This document shows positions 32,626-45,695 of a stretch of DNA of 64,000 nt, one piece after another; the first letter of the stretch is position 1; every line of letters begins with the position of its first letter. A program made the translations under genes and the position numbers. Location: contig NC_069002.1 of assembly GCF_001194135.2 (NCBI RefSeq), positions 32,546,047-32,610,046 of the forward strand, given 5' to 3'. The notes beneath the pieces were generated by a model. The model made no database searches. It was not told the origin of the DNA and was given only the letters and a program-made list of their open reading frames with translations. This DNA is from Octopus bimaculoides. Taxonomy: Eukaryota.

Positions 32626-34015
32626 ATTGAATATTTATTAAAACAACCCCACCATTTCACTCTTCAAGCACGCATGCACACGCACAGGCACCAACACACA
32701 CAAACACACACAAATACACACACACACAAACACACACATTCACATATATATATATATGTATTTGAACGTTTTGGTTTGCTACGGGGTATGTATAAAGAAA
32801 TAATGACATTCTTCGATTAACGCAGCTCTTTGTAATATTAGCAGACTGTTCTACGTCTTTATATTTCGAAGATGAATTAATTACTGGAGGTTATTGAATT
32901 TATTCACCAACTCGATTTAAACCGAAACCCACTCTTGTCTATATTCTCATATGGTCCAAAATTTCAATCATCTGATCTTATTAGAGTTATTACCGTTTCT
33001 CTTTGATTTCTTACCTTGTTCTTTTTTCTAGCAATGAATTGCTTTTAAGTATATCAGTGTAGTTAAAGAGCTCCCGTAGTTTCAGCTTCTGACCCAGCTC
33101 GCGGCATCTTGGGCCAGTATCTTCATCAATGCGGTGTGAGTGAATTTAGTATATCTGTATATCTTATAGATGGTTCCATAAAGTGGGAAATATTATCATA
33201 AAAATGTCATTAAACATATATAATGTTACATTTATGTAAACGTTTTGCAAGGTTCCTGATGTGAAATTGTGTGTTGAAACAAATATTGTTATATTTTGGG
33301 ACGATCATTTTTTTTTATTTGCCAAATAAACAGACGCACTATATTTCTCACTTCAGCTTTATTATTGTTTTTTATTTAATGTCCTTTGTCTGGAAATCCT
33401 GTCACCTCTTCGCCAATTCTCCATCCCACATGTCTCCTCCTGTATTATTTAGTCCATTTAGCTCATTCAAAAAAGACAGAATGGACTAAACAGGGGACAC
33501 GTGGGATGGAGAGTGGCTGACGAGGCCACAAGACAAACATCATGAAATAAGAACAATAATAAATCTGAAATGAAATGAGGAAGAATTTATAGTACGTGTG
33601 TTTATTTGGCAAAAAACAAAAATGACCACCCCGAAATATAACAATATAAAACGTTACATAACACAAAGAAGCAGCTGGGATCTGTAAATAAGAAGACTTC
33701 ACGTGATAATGAAATTTTAATTTCAAATTAAAAAGCTAATTTTAGGTGTTCAGTTGAAATCTTATATTTAGCGTATCTTAGCATAGAAGTGTAATCTCGC
33801 TCCCACTGTTGGATTTGTGCTTTTTAAGTATCTTCTATATCTTATTTGGTTCTCTATCATTTCTGGGTATCGGATGGCATCGGTATGAAAACGTTTTTAC
33901 CTTAGGGACTTCATTATTTTAAAAACTAAAAGAATACATAAGGCGGGGGTGGGGTCATATAGCTCTGTTTATCTGTGATGATGTTGATGAAATATTTCCT
34001 TCGAATTATATCACC

Positions 34016-34115
34016 GTTTATCGCCACAAGAATATGGCTGTTCCGTAGGAATCGATTTTGCTACCGGTAGTAACGTCGATTCCTACGGAACAGCCATGTT
34101 GAAGTGGCGGTAAAC
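34016..34115 (+). repeat. 100-bp inverted repeat or hairpin
   Basis: Arms pair about the centre 34065/34066 with four G.U-type pairs, one U.C mismatch and a 3x3 internal loop. Confidence 0.92.
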
Positions 34116-36217
34116 ATTACTTTTCAGTATAGCTACTATTTTCATCTCTTATAACGACTGTCTAACTGGCTATTCTGCTTATATCAGGGTTCCAACTCTG
34201 TTCTTCTTGTAGCTATGTTTTCTCTGGACTACGAGAGAGCTGACAGAGAGAGACTACGTAGTAGTATCAAACTAAAACTTCATATATGTTTCAAGCCGGG
34301 TCCTTCTTGTATTTTTCTTATAACAGTACTTTAGCTACCTTCAATTCCATTCAACGTCGGCCCAGATTAAATAACAATGAAACACCTAACATTCGTTCCG
34401 ATCAAGTAAAAGTACAGGCGTTGGCTACTGCTGTTGACTTGCAGCCATTAAAAATTGAACTTTCACTGCATCGATTTCAGCAGAAGGAGGAGGGGCTGCG
34501 AGTAGAATTAATAACCCCGCCAACGAAAGACATAGCCATTACGTACTATCCTCCATTGCTATCAAACACTGAGAAAAACCTTTTTATAAACATGCCTCTG
34601 ACAACACGTATCAATCTTCAAATTCATAAACACTATGGAAGAAGCTATTCATACGTTCTATTGTTCTACAGTTTTCTTTCGAATGCCGAGACGCATGCCA
34701 ATTTTTATATATATANNNNNNNNNNNNNNNNNNNNNNNNNNNNNNNNNNNNNNNNNNNNNNNNNNNNNNNNNNNNNNNNNNNNNNNNNNNNNNNNNNNNN
34801 NNNNNNNNNNNNNNNNNNNNNNNNNNNNNNNNNNNNNNNNNNNNNNNNNNNNNNNNNNNNNNNNNNNNNNNNNNNNNNNNNNNNNNNNNNNNNNNNNNNN
34901 NNNNNNNNNNNNNNNNNNNNNNNNNNNNNNNNNNNNNNNNNNNNNNNNNNNNNNNNNNNNNNNNNNNNNNNNNNNNNNNNNTATATATGTGTATATATGT
35001 ATGCATAAATATACGTGTATACGCGTACAGGTTTACATATATGTATGTCTGTATATATATATGTATATATATATTTATGTATGCATATATATGTATATAT
35101 GTATGTACACACACACACACACGCACACATATATTGACTTCTCTTTTTATTCTTCTTGCGACGCTAACTTTTTTCTTTTCCTTCTTTTTACAATCTTCAA
35201 CAGAGAGAAAGAGCAAAGAAGAAGAAAAATAAAACAAAAAACAAAAAAAAATACAAAAACAAATAAACAAACAGACCCCCCCCCCACCAAAAAAATAATC
35301 AATAAATTCTCAAGCAACAAAACGAAAGTGTAACACATGAAGTGGTTTATGAATAGACGAAAACAATGGAGAGACGTGTTCAAAGAATGAAAATAGAGGA
35401 AAGAATAAAGAAAATAACATATCAAAAAAAGGATAAAAAATAAAAGTGGAGGAGGAGAAGGAAAATGAGACAAGGACAAAACAAAACAAACAAACTGAGA
35501 AAGAACCAACAAAAAACAATAGAATTGGTAAGAGCAATGGCTATTGCAATATGAATGAGGACGAGTCTTAGCTGATGGCCATCGTCGTCAAACTTGAAGA
35601 AATCAATGGAAAAGATTATGTTGAGTATGTGTCAATAAGATTGGAGTACATATTGAGTACACCTGAATCTGTGTTACCAAAAAGAACCAAAAAAAAAAAA
35701 TGAAAGAATTAAAAAATAATAAATGAAAACTTGAAAGTAAAATGAAGCAAAAAAAGAAGCTAGCAAATAGAAAGAATGAATGTATGCAAAGACGACACAC
35801 GGACAATGGAAGAGTTGTATGTGTTTGAATGTAAAAAAAAAAAATAGAAATCAAAAACTAAAAATTGAAAGAGAAATCTATATAACAGGTTGTTTTAAAT
35901 GTAGAGAATGGTTGGGTTGAAAGGTCATTTGATGGTGATGGTTGTGTGTCAAACATCGCTTGAGATAACATGGTGCGGATTGTTACTGTAGAAACGACAA
36001 CGACAAAACGGATGAGACACGACATAAATGCCAACAACAACAGCAGTAGCAGCAGCAGCAGCAGTAGCAATAATGACAATTTAGGTACAGTTTGGCGTGA
36101 AAAAAGATAATTCTTTTCTTTTTTTCCTCTCGATGTTGAAATTTGAAAGTCGGAGGAGCGCAAACAGTGAAACGCAAACAACGCACAGACGTACATACAT
36201 TCCTATACACAAATAAC

Positions 36218-36237
36218 TACACACACAAACACACACA

Positions 36238-36331
<94 letters not shown>

Positions 36332-36336
36332 CACAC
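36218..36336. repeat. (CA)n microsatellite
   Basis: Direct reading. Confidence 0.98.
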
Positions 36337-36374
36337 ATATGTATAGTAACAAAAAAGGGAGGAAGAGAATTTCC

Positions 36375-36695
36375 ACTAGGGTTTCGTATTTATTGAAGGT
36401 GGGTGTTCGATATCGCAGCCCTCTTTTGAGTTTCCTGCCTTGATATTCGTTCATCGGGGCCCTTGGATAGTAAGAGATCAAATTGTTTCTTGAAAACATC
36501 TACCCACACTCCATGGAGATCCCACAGATGTTTTGGCAAGGAGATAAATAGCTGTGGGCCCTTGAATTCCAAGCTATTGTAGTACATGGTCCTCGCTCTA
36601 GCTGAGATAGCTGGGACTTTTCAAACAGTGCAGTGATGTCCATTTCGAAATCTGATATGACACTCAATTTCAGATTTTGGGGTCATCCCCTCCTG
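36375..36695 (-). mobile_element. LINE (non-LTR retrotransposon) ORF2 C-terminal remnant and short 3' UTR
   Basis: EGMTPK...RNGHHC...ARTMYYNSLEFKGPQLFISLPKHLWDLHGVWVDVFKKQFDLLLSKGPDE resembles the (N)SL..KGP.LFN.LP..LR....VD.FK..LD..L..VPD.P tail of invertebrate LINE RTs. Clade not assigned. Confidence 0.75.
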
Positions 36696-36699
36696 TATT

Positions 36700-37080
36700 T
36701 TTCCTTCTATTGTGTAGTCGAAAGGAGTTCTGTTTTATGTGTATAATGCTAGCTTCCTCGTTTTTGTTTCTGTTCCTGCTTTTGTTCTTGTATACATTCG
36801 TTTGCCTTTCCTAGAGGCTTAATGGTTTTAGCGTAAGTCCTTGGCATACACTGGGTTCGAGTAGTATCGGAGATAAGGGAGCAAGACTACAAGGACTTTC
36901 CGGACTCCGACTGATGAAGAAATCCTCTGCGAAAGCTCCGTGCATCTTGTCTTTGTACGGTTTTCCGTTTGTCGTGATATCGCCTATTTTTTCCGCATTT
37001 TGTGTTTTGCTAGTTTCCGTTTGCTGTGTTCTTTCCGTTCTACATTTGACTTATCCATGCAGTACTCCGTACAACCTGTT
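36700..37080 (+). mobile_element. Dispersed repeat, same family as 18545-18830, with decayed hammerhead-like motif at 36911-36938
   Basis: Shared TTGTATACATTCG segment; CTGATGA-AGAAATCCTCTGC-GAAA-GC-TC. Confidence 0.55.
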
Positions 37081-37453
37081 GTTCATATATATATATATAT
37101 ATACTTGTGTGTGAAACAGGGAGTGAGAATGTGCGCGTGTTGACTACAAGAAATATTGGCGTTGGTAATAAAACGCCAAACATGCTGACACCAATCAATT
37201 TGTCCGGAAGAAAAACAAGTTGAAAGTCTCAGGAATTTTGATGTAGTTGGAACCTTTACTATTCCTAAGAGATGGTAAAAACATCCAATACACAAAGACA
37301 AGAAAAATAAAAACAAATGGAAAAGAATTAAAATATCAAAAAATTTGATAATTAAAATTCTTATATTTTGCAATCCAGATTACTAAACAACCTCTCTCTC
37401 TTTCTTATCTTCATCTCTCTTTCCTCTTCTTTCTGTTTTTCTCTCTCACTCTA

Positions 37454-37487
<34 letters not shown>

Positions 37488-37639
37488 CCTCTCTCTCTCT
37501 CTCAATATGTATATATGTCTCTATGTATGTGTGTGCGTGTTTGCATATGATAATGATCTCGAAAATAAATTTCCATGATAAAATGCCAAATCAAACATCA
37601 GAATAGTGAGCGCGGGTTCTGAATAAGTACAAATGCAGC

Positions 37640-37739
<100 letters not shown>

Positions 37740-38046
37740 GCAACAACATCAATGATGTACAAATCGATCAGTAAATGGAGAGATGTAAGTATAATGTCTC
37801 TTTATTTTTTGATTTTATTTCTCTTTATTTATTTGTTGTTCCAAGACAAATTTGATCGATTTTTGGAATGGTTAAGCTTTCTCTTGGAATATCTGGCAAC
37901 TTTACAGGGAGGTGGTCATTGATTCCACTGTATCATAACTAACACCACCTGCCGTTCTTCCTCATTCTCGTCTTTCGAAATTACTCCCAAACAACCTACC
38001 TACCTACCTACCTACCTACTGATCTGGCATTCTTTCTTTCTTTTTT

Positions 38047-38086
<40 letters not shown>

Positions 38087-38287
38087 TCCGTCTGCCTCTC
38101 TGTCGTTCCCTTGTTCATTGTTTGCTGCTTCCTTTGATTTTCTTTCTCCACCACCGACAACGACTATCAAATTCGTCGAAGTCGTCGTCATCATCCTCAT
38201 CCTCATCATCATTACCATCATCATCAACATCATTATCATCATCATGACCTTCATCATCATAACCATTTTCATTGTTATTTTCTAGCT

Positions 38288-38450
38288 GATCTTCTTCTTC
38301 TTCTTCTTCTTCTTCTTCTTCTTCTTCTTCTTCTTCTTCTTCTTCTTCTTCGTCTTCTTCTTCTTCTTCTCCTCCTTCTCTTCTTCTTCTTCTTTTTCTT
38401 CTTCTTCTTCTTCTTCTTCTTCTTCTCCTCNNNNNNNNNNTTCTTCTTCT
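38288..38450. repeat. (CTT)n microsatellite
   Basis: Direct reading. Confidence 0.96.
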
Positions 38451-39371
38451 TCTCCTCCTCCTCCACCTCCCTCTCCTCTCCCTTCCTAACCTCCTTCTTA
38501 TCCCTCTCCTCTGTCACATCTTTCCCCCCTTCCTTTCGCCTAAGATTTAAAACATTTAACTCGTTCTTCTCACTTTTAAAACACAAGAGCATCATCTTAG
38601 GAACAAAAAAAAAAAAGGAGAGAGAAAAAAAAAAGAAAATAGCTGTTATATTTAGCAGGTTGTGAGATCGCTCTCGGTAGGTAGTGACCATGGATGGGCT
38701 TGAAATAACAACGGCTGAAACGCAATGGCACCGATTGTGAAACAGCTGTAAGCTAACAACATCGATTTCATCGCCATTGATAAATCGATATTGCGCTCTG
38801 TACACATCTGACATTTTCTCGAAATAATGTATATTCTAACATTTGGTTATACGTATCAGAGTTTGTCCGTAGCAGCAGAGATGGTTTGTAACACTAAATA
38901 GTGTGTTGTTTTAAGCCAGATATAGTGGCGACGGTGGTGGTGATGGTGGTGGTATAAGCCGTAGCAGACATAGTTCTGGTTATAGTTGTGTAGGTTCCTC
39001 TCAGTGGCGCTCAACGACGTAAAGGTAGTAGATGTCGGTACTGTAGCGGTAACAGAGGTTGTGTAGATGCTGAGGAGGTAGTTGGGGGTTATACAACTGT
39101 AGTGGTAGTGCTGGTGGTACGGAAGGTATAGGGGGTGGTATTGGAATGTTGGGTGAATGTAGTTAGTCGCCAGATCGATGTATGTCGGGGACGAGGGCGT
39201 CGATGGGGTGATTTGGGGGTATTGTTGTAAAACTTATATAAGCAAACTGTCTTACAAAACACCGCCTCCCCGGCGCGCCAACCTGGCCCGCAACCGTAGA
39301 CACTACCTAGGTTTTCTCTCTAGCGGATATCAATGTTATATAACTACACACACGTGTATTTACATATGTAC

Positions 39372-39402
<31 letters not shown>

Positions 39403-40131
39403 ATCGGCAGAAACTTACAAAAGTGGCCGGTATGTGCGTATTTATACATGTATGTATACATATATGTATGTGTGTGTGTATGTATGCATGTATGTATGTA
39501 TATATATATATNNNNNNNNNNNNNNNNNNNNNNNNNNNNNNNNNNNNNNNNNNNNNNNNNNNNNNNNNNNNNNNNNNNNNNNNNNNNNNNNNNNNNNNNN
39601 NNNNNNNNNNNNNNNNNNNNNNNNNNNNNNNNNNNNNNNNNNNNNNNNNNNNNNNNNNNNNNNNNNNNNNNNNNNNNNNNNNNNNNNNNNNNNNNNNNNN
39701 NNNNNNNNNNNNNNNNNNNNNNNNNNNNNNNNNNNNNNNNNNNNNNNNNNNNNNNNNNNNNNNNNNNNNNNNNNNNNNNNNNNNNNNNNNNNNNNNNNNN
39801 NNNNNNNNNNNNNNNNNNNNNNNNNNNNNNNNNNNNNNNNNNNNNNNNNNNNNNNNNNNNNNNNNNNNNNNNNNNNNNNNNNNNNNNNNNNNNNNNNNNN
39901 NNNNNNNNNNNNNNNNNNNNNNNNNNNNNNNNNNNNNNNNNNNNNNNNNNNNNNNNNNNNNNNNNNNNNNNNNNNNNNNNNNNNNNNNNNNNNNNNNNNN
40001 NNNNNNNNNNNNNNNNNNNNNNNNNNNNNNNNNNNNNNNNNNNNNNNNNNNNNNNNNNNNNNNNNNNNNNNNNNNNNNNNNNNNNNNNNNNNNNNNNNNN
40101 NNNNNNNNNNNNNNNNNNNNNNNNNNNNNNN

Positions 40132-40169
<38 letters not shown>

Positions 40170-40743
40170 GAGACGTACACACACACACACCTATTTCCCA
40201 GCTACATACATATGATGCCCGCACGTACATACCATACACATGCAACATAAAGCACATGCATACACATCTATATAAATCTATACACATCACGTACACAGCA
40301 CGATCGCTCAACCTGCTGATTCCGATCAATATTAGTGTTTGTGCTGTATTTGTTAACATAACATCTTACTTACATAATGACGTCAGCCAGAGAATCGTGT
40401 AACGTGTAACGAAATGTTCTGTAGTCGTTGTCATCGTCGTCATTTTCGGTTTTGCTGCTACTGTTGTTGCTGTGTTTGATATTGTAGATGTTTGGTTTTT
40501 CTTTCAGCCTAAGTTCAGATCTGATCACGCTGACCTAAGCTTAAAACATTTCAATTTTACTGATACGATCTGTCTGGGGAACATCATTATCTGATCTGTT
40601 GCCTTCGTATTTGAAGTCTATAGACTATGATTTGAAAGCCACCTGACTGTTATTTCTATGTGTTAATAATTCATGCACGTCATTGGTTCAAAATTCACCT
40701 GATTTTCTTACAAAAGTATTCTGAACATTGTCTAACTTCTCTT

Positions 40744-40850
40744 GCGGTTAGGATGTTGAACTCCGGATCGTGAGATCACGGTTTCGATTTCCAGATCGAA
40801 TAGGCTTTGTGTTCATAAACAAAACACTTTCTTGCACGTTGTTCCAGCTC
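40744..40850 (+). mobile_element. Diverged tRNA-derived SINE head (family of 9247-9470)
   Basis: GCGGTTAGGATGTT...GGTTTCGATTTCCAGA...AAAACACTTTCTTGCACGTTGTTCCAG. Confidence 0.65.
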
Positions 40851-40984
40851 ATGATAATTGCCTTTTTCGACAGCAAGGTTATCATCTAAAACCACTGGGA
40901 TTCCTCTGGCGATAGGGTTAACAAAGAATAGTTTGAGAAAGTTTCGCGGAGCGATGAGAGAGCTTTTCATTGGGGTTGATGGTG

Positions 40985-41330
40985 CCTACCCTAAGACAAT
41001 GCATCAGCCCATAATTCCATCCTGGTAACAAGCTAGATGACAGAGATGCACATCAAATTGTTCCACACACTCCATACAGTACAGAGCTTGCTCTCTTTGA
41101 CTTGTTATTGTTCTCCAAGCTGCAGGAGAAGATGAAGAAGGCTGTAACAAGATTTCCTGGACACTTTCCATTTGGAGGAGTTCGGTGGAGTATTCACGGC
41201 GTGGCTGGAGCGCTAAAACAAATCCATTGAAGTCATTGGATTCTATTTCAAAGGAGAATAGAGATTTGCATTTCTTTGAAATTAATGTGTCTTTACGGAA
41301 AAAAATGTCAAAAATTCTAGAATGTAGCTT
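40985..41330 (+). pseudogene. Mariner transposase C-terminal remnant
   Basis: With stops and frameshifts: DNASAHNSILVT...VPHTPYSTELALFDLLLFSKL...LDTFHLEEFGGVFTAWLER.NKSIEVIGFYFKGE-stop. Matches the mariner DNAPAH / HPPYSPDLAP / W..C....G.YFE motifs. Confidence 0.85.
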
Positions 41331-43762
41331 TTATAGATGTGTGTATGTATATTTTTCTATACAGGTATCGAAGTTTATGTATTTGTGTATACGAGTATAT
41401 AAGAAGGTGGGTATGTAGGCAGGTATGTATGTATATAGGTAGGTACGCATATAGGCGTGTAGGGATACATGCATAGACACACACTCACTCACTCACGCAC
41501 ACACACACTTTATATATACATATATACACACACATGTCTATGTTGGTATGTGTATAGATATTGATGTCGCGGTTCAATAATTATTGGTCTGTTCTTCGGA
41601 ACCAAACTCCTCTAGCATGGAAATCATCGATCGATTACTTTGATCGATATTTCATTTGGACAGGNNNNNNNNNNNNNNNNNNNNNNNNNNNNNNNNNNNN
41701 NNNNNNNNNNNNNNNNNNNNNNNNNNNNNNNNNNNNNNNNNNNNNNNNNNNNNNNNNNNNNNNNNNNNNNNNNNNNNNNNNNNNNNNNNNNNNNNNNNNN
41801 NNNNNNNNNNNNNNNNNNNNNNNNNNNNNNNNNNNNNNNNNNNNNNNNNNNNNNNNNNNNNNNNNNNNNNNNNNNNNNNNNNNNNNNNNNNNNNNNNNNN
41901 NNNNNNNNNNNNNNNNNNNNNNNNNNNNNNNNNNNNNNNNNNNNNNNNNNNNNNNNNNNNNNNNNNNNNNNNNNNNNNNNNNNNNNNNNNNNNNNNNNNN
42001 NNNNNNNNNNNNNNNNNNNNNNNNNNNNNNNNNNNNNNNNNNNNNNNNNNNNNNNNNNNNNNNNNNNNNNNNNNNNNNNNNNNNNNNNNNNNNNNNNNNN
42101 NNNNNNNNNNNNNNNNNNNNNNNNNNNNNNNNNNNNNNNNNNNNNNNNNNNNNNNNNNNNNNNNNNNNNNNNNNNNNNNNNNNNNNNNNNNNNNNNNNNN
42201 NNNNNNNNNNNNNNNNNNNNNNNNNNNNNNNNNNNNNNNNNNNNNNNNNNNNNNNNNNNNNNNNNNNNNNNNNNNNNNNNNNNNNNNNNNNNNTATATAT
42301 ATAAATATATATATACATACATATATATGTGTAAATATGCATATACATGCTGATACATAAATATGCATGTATATAGATATATATATATATATACATATAT
42401 ACACACACATGTCTATGTTGGTATGTGTATAGATATTGATGTCGCGGTTCAATAATTATTGGTCTGTTCTTCGGAACCAAACTCCTCTAGCATGGAAATC
42501 ATCGATCGATTACTTTGATCGATATTTCATTTGGACAGGAAGAAGTTTGCCGAAGTTATAGTTGTTCACCAAGTTCACGTGGTTTATTGTTGTTCTGGCC
42601 CCAGGTCAGCTTTGTTCAAGAACACCCATGATAGAAGACGTTCCTGATGTGACTATCTCGCATTTTGTGTTTGTATACTGTGTGTCTAGGAACTTATCCA
42701 ATACGTTCTGGTTGTTTTATTTTGTGTTTTGGGGGGGTTTGTTAAATCGTTAAAATGTTGATTTGAGGCATATTGAGTAGCTATGTCTAGTAAGTCTAAA
42801 TCTCCGTATCGGCTGGTGTTTAATGGAGGTGATACTTCCCACTGCAACCAACTGGTTTGAGGATATATCGTATATCGTTAATGACCACATTGGTTTAGAA
42901 AAGGAAGCGGAGCGAAAGAGAAGAGATAGACAGAGAGGGAGAGAGAAAGACGGAAGTAGATAGGGAGAGAGCGACAGGGAGAGAGAGAGAGAGAGGGAGG
43001 GAGGGANNNNNNNNNNNNNNNNNNNNNNNNNNNNNNNNNNNNNNNNNNNNNNNNNNNNNNNNNNNNNNNNNNNNNNNNNNNNNNNNNNNNNNNNNNNNNN
43101 NNNNNNNNNNNNNNNNNNNNNNNNNNNNNNNNNNNNNNNNNNNNNNNNNNNNNNNNNNNNNNNNNNNNNNNNNNNNNNNNNNNNNNNNNNNNNNNNNNNN
43201 NNNNNNNNNNNNNNNNNNNNNNNNNNNNNNNNNNNNNNNNNNNNNNNNNNNNNNNNNNNNNNNNNNNNNNNNNNNNNNNNNNNNNNNNNNNNNNNNNNNN
43301 NNNNNNNNNNNNNNNNNNNNNNNNNNNNNNNNNNNNNNNNNNNNNNNNNNNNNNNNNNNNNNNNNNNNNNNNNNNNNNNNNNNNNNNNNNNNNNNNNNNN
43401 NNNNNNNNNNNNNNNNNNNNNNNNNNNNNNNNNNNNNNNNNNNNNNNNNNNNNNNNNNNNNNNNNNNNNNNNNNNNNNNNNNNNNNNNNNNNNNNNNNNN
43501 NNNNNNNNNNNNNNNNNNNNNNNNNNNNNNNNNNNNNNNNNNNNNNNNNNNNNNNNNNNNNNNNNNNNNNNNNNNNNNNNNNNNNNNNNNNNNNNNNNNN
43601 NNNNNNNNNNNNNNNNNNNNNNNNNNNNNNNNNNNNNNNNNNNNNNNNNNNNNNNNNNNNNNNNNNNNNNNNNNNNNNNNNNNNNNNNNNNNNNNNNNNN
43701 NNNNNNNNNNNNNNNATATATATATATATATATATAGATATATTTATATATATGTATATATA

Positions 43763-43929
43763 TACGATAGGCTTCTTTCAGTTTCCGCTTACCAAACCCA
43801 CTCACACGGGTTTGGTCGGCCCGAGTCTGTAGTAGAAGACACTTGCCCAAGGTGCCACGCAGTTGGACTGAACCCGGAACCATGTGGTTCGTAAGCAAGC
43901 TACTTACCACACAGTCACTCCTGCGCCTA
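43763..43929 (-). mobile_element. tRNA-derived CORE-type SINE, 5' half, little diverged
   Basis: Minus: AGGCGCAGGAGTGACTGTGTGGTAAG...GGTTCCGGGTTCAGTCC...GGCACCTTGGGCAAGT (CORE motif)...GGAAACTGAAAGAAGCC, then (TA)n. Confidence 0.9.
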
Positions 43930-44199
43930 TAGAAAGAATGCTGAAAGTAGGTTTATGTAGAGAGAATGGCAAAAATTGACGTTCTTGGAAGAACAAAATC
44001 CACTGGAAATCTTGTCAACAATATTACGGCAAGATAGATGAAGTTCATTTGACGACATATGAAAGGACTCAAGCGTCGACCATTCGATAACAATAGAGTA
44101 ACAGAAGGGAAGAAGCTATCAAGAAATATTGAGAGAGAGAGAGAGGGGAGGATGGTGGTGGGGTGAGTGCTACTTAAGCACTAAATTCGTATTGATTTG

Positions 44200-44332
44200 C
44201 AAAAATGTAGACTTGGGGAAACGTGAAAGGAAATATCTCATCCACTCACAAATACAATGCGCTCTCTCCGGTAATTGAACCGATGACTCTATGATCTTGA
44301 GCCGAACGCTCCTACCATTAGGCCACGTACCT
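44200..44332 (-). mobile_element. Diverged tRNA-derived SINE head
   Basis: Minus: GTACGTGGCCTAATGGTAGGAGCG (A box)...CGGTTCAATTACCGG (B box). Confidence 0.65.
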
Positions 44333-44614
44333 TCACACACAAATGCACACCCACACCCACACACAACACTCTCCAAGGTGTTATATATTATTTTGCTCTC
44401 TGAGGGCTTATATATATATTTATTTATACATAGACAGATAATCTTGATTTGTGTCTGTATGTCAAACTCACAAACTTGTCATTAAATTTATAGTTACAAT
44501 CGCATATCTATTCAAATGTGTATTTGTGTGTGTTTGTGTTTTCGTCTACTGTTGTGTCTGTAGATGTACAATTGTGTGTGTGTATGCATATTCATATGTG
44601 TGTGTCTGTATGTA

Positions 44615-44652
<38 letters not shown>

Positions 44653-44719
44653 CACATGTATAAATGTACATACATATACTCACTTATACATACATAAATA
44701 TATATGAATATATGTGTGC

Positions 44720-44775
<56 letters not shown>

Positions 44776-45592
44776 ATATCAGTAGTATCTGTATGTATAT
44801 GTATCTTTGTGGGCACATCTCATATAGAGAAATTAATGTCAATCTGAAGAATTTCCGCACCAAAAGCTCTTCTTTAAATTGAGAAGAAGCGAATTTAAAA
44901 TTCCTTTCGATTTGGAGCATCTATTTCTGAAAGAATTTGCTATGAAACTCGTGGAATTCTACTTAAATCCAGGAAGATAAATAGTGATTAGTTTAGCCGA
45001 GAGGAATATAAAACAAATCTATGGAAATCGACCGAACGTCCGTAAATGTCAGGATTGTTTAGTGAAAGTCCCGGTGGGTTATTAAAGATAGAGAAACTGC
45101 ACTGTTAGCGGCAGCCATATTGAATTCAACGTTCATCATTTTCTTTGCTATGTTTTTCATTGTTTTTCAAAGATGACAGCGCAATTTTGAGAGGTGAAAT
45201 ATCTGTTAAAATTGTTAGTACCGCTAGAAGAGGAAACAACAACAAAAATAACAAAAAGAAAAAAGAGAGGAACAAATAAGACATATAAGCAAAATGTTCG
45301 GCGTGCAAATACGGACATGCGCATAAACACAGCAGGTATATATATAGATATACATATGTAAATACATACATATGGATACGTATGTGTCTGTAAACGCGTT
45401 TGGTAAGCAAAAACGGAGATAATACTCAATACTTACTATGGAGTCCTGTACATATGTCCATGTAAACATTTCACATACTGCTTCACTCCTTCCACAACAC
45501 GAACACACACACACACATACACACACACTTACACACACACACGTACAGACACACGCACACAGGCACATAATATATATAAATACATACATACA

Positions 45593-45662
<70 letters not shown>

Positions 45663-45663
45663 A

Positions 45664-45695
<32 letters not shown>

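Noticed and set aside
33517-33542. CTGACGA-GGCCACAAGAC-AAACATC hammerhead-like string
   Set aside because: G12 is missing and there is no stem I pairing.
38860-39290. About 120-codon stop-free minus-strand frame with nearby TATATAAG and a GC-rich box
   Set aside because: No ATG; the composition switches between Thr-rich and Tyr/His-rich as expected for decayed CAC/TAC repeats; the promoter motifs are too short to support.
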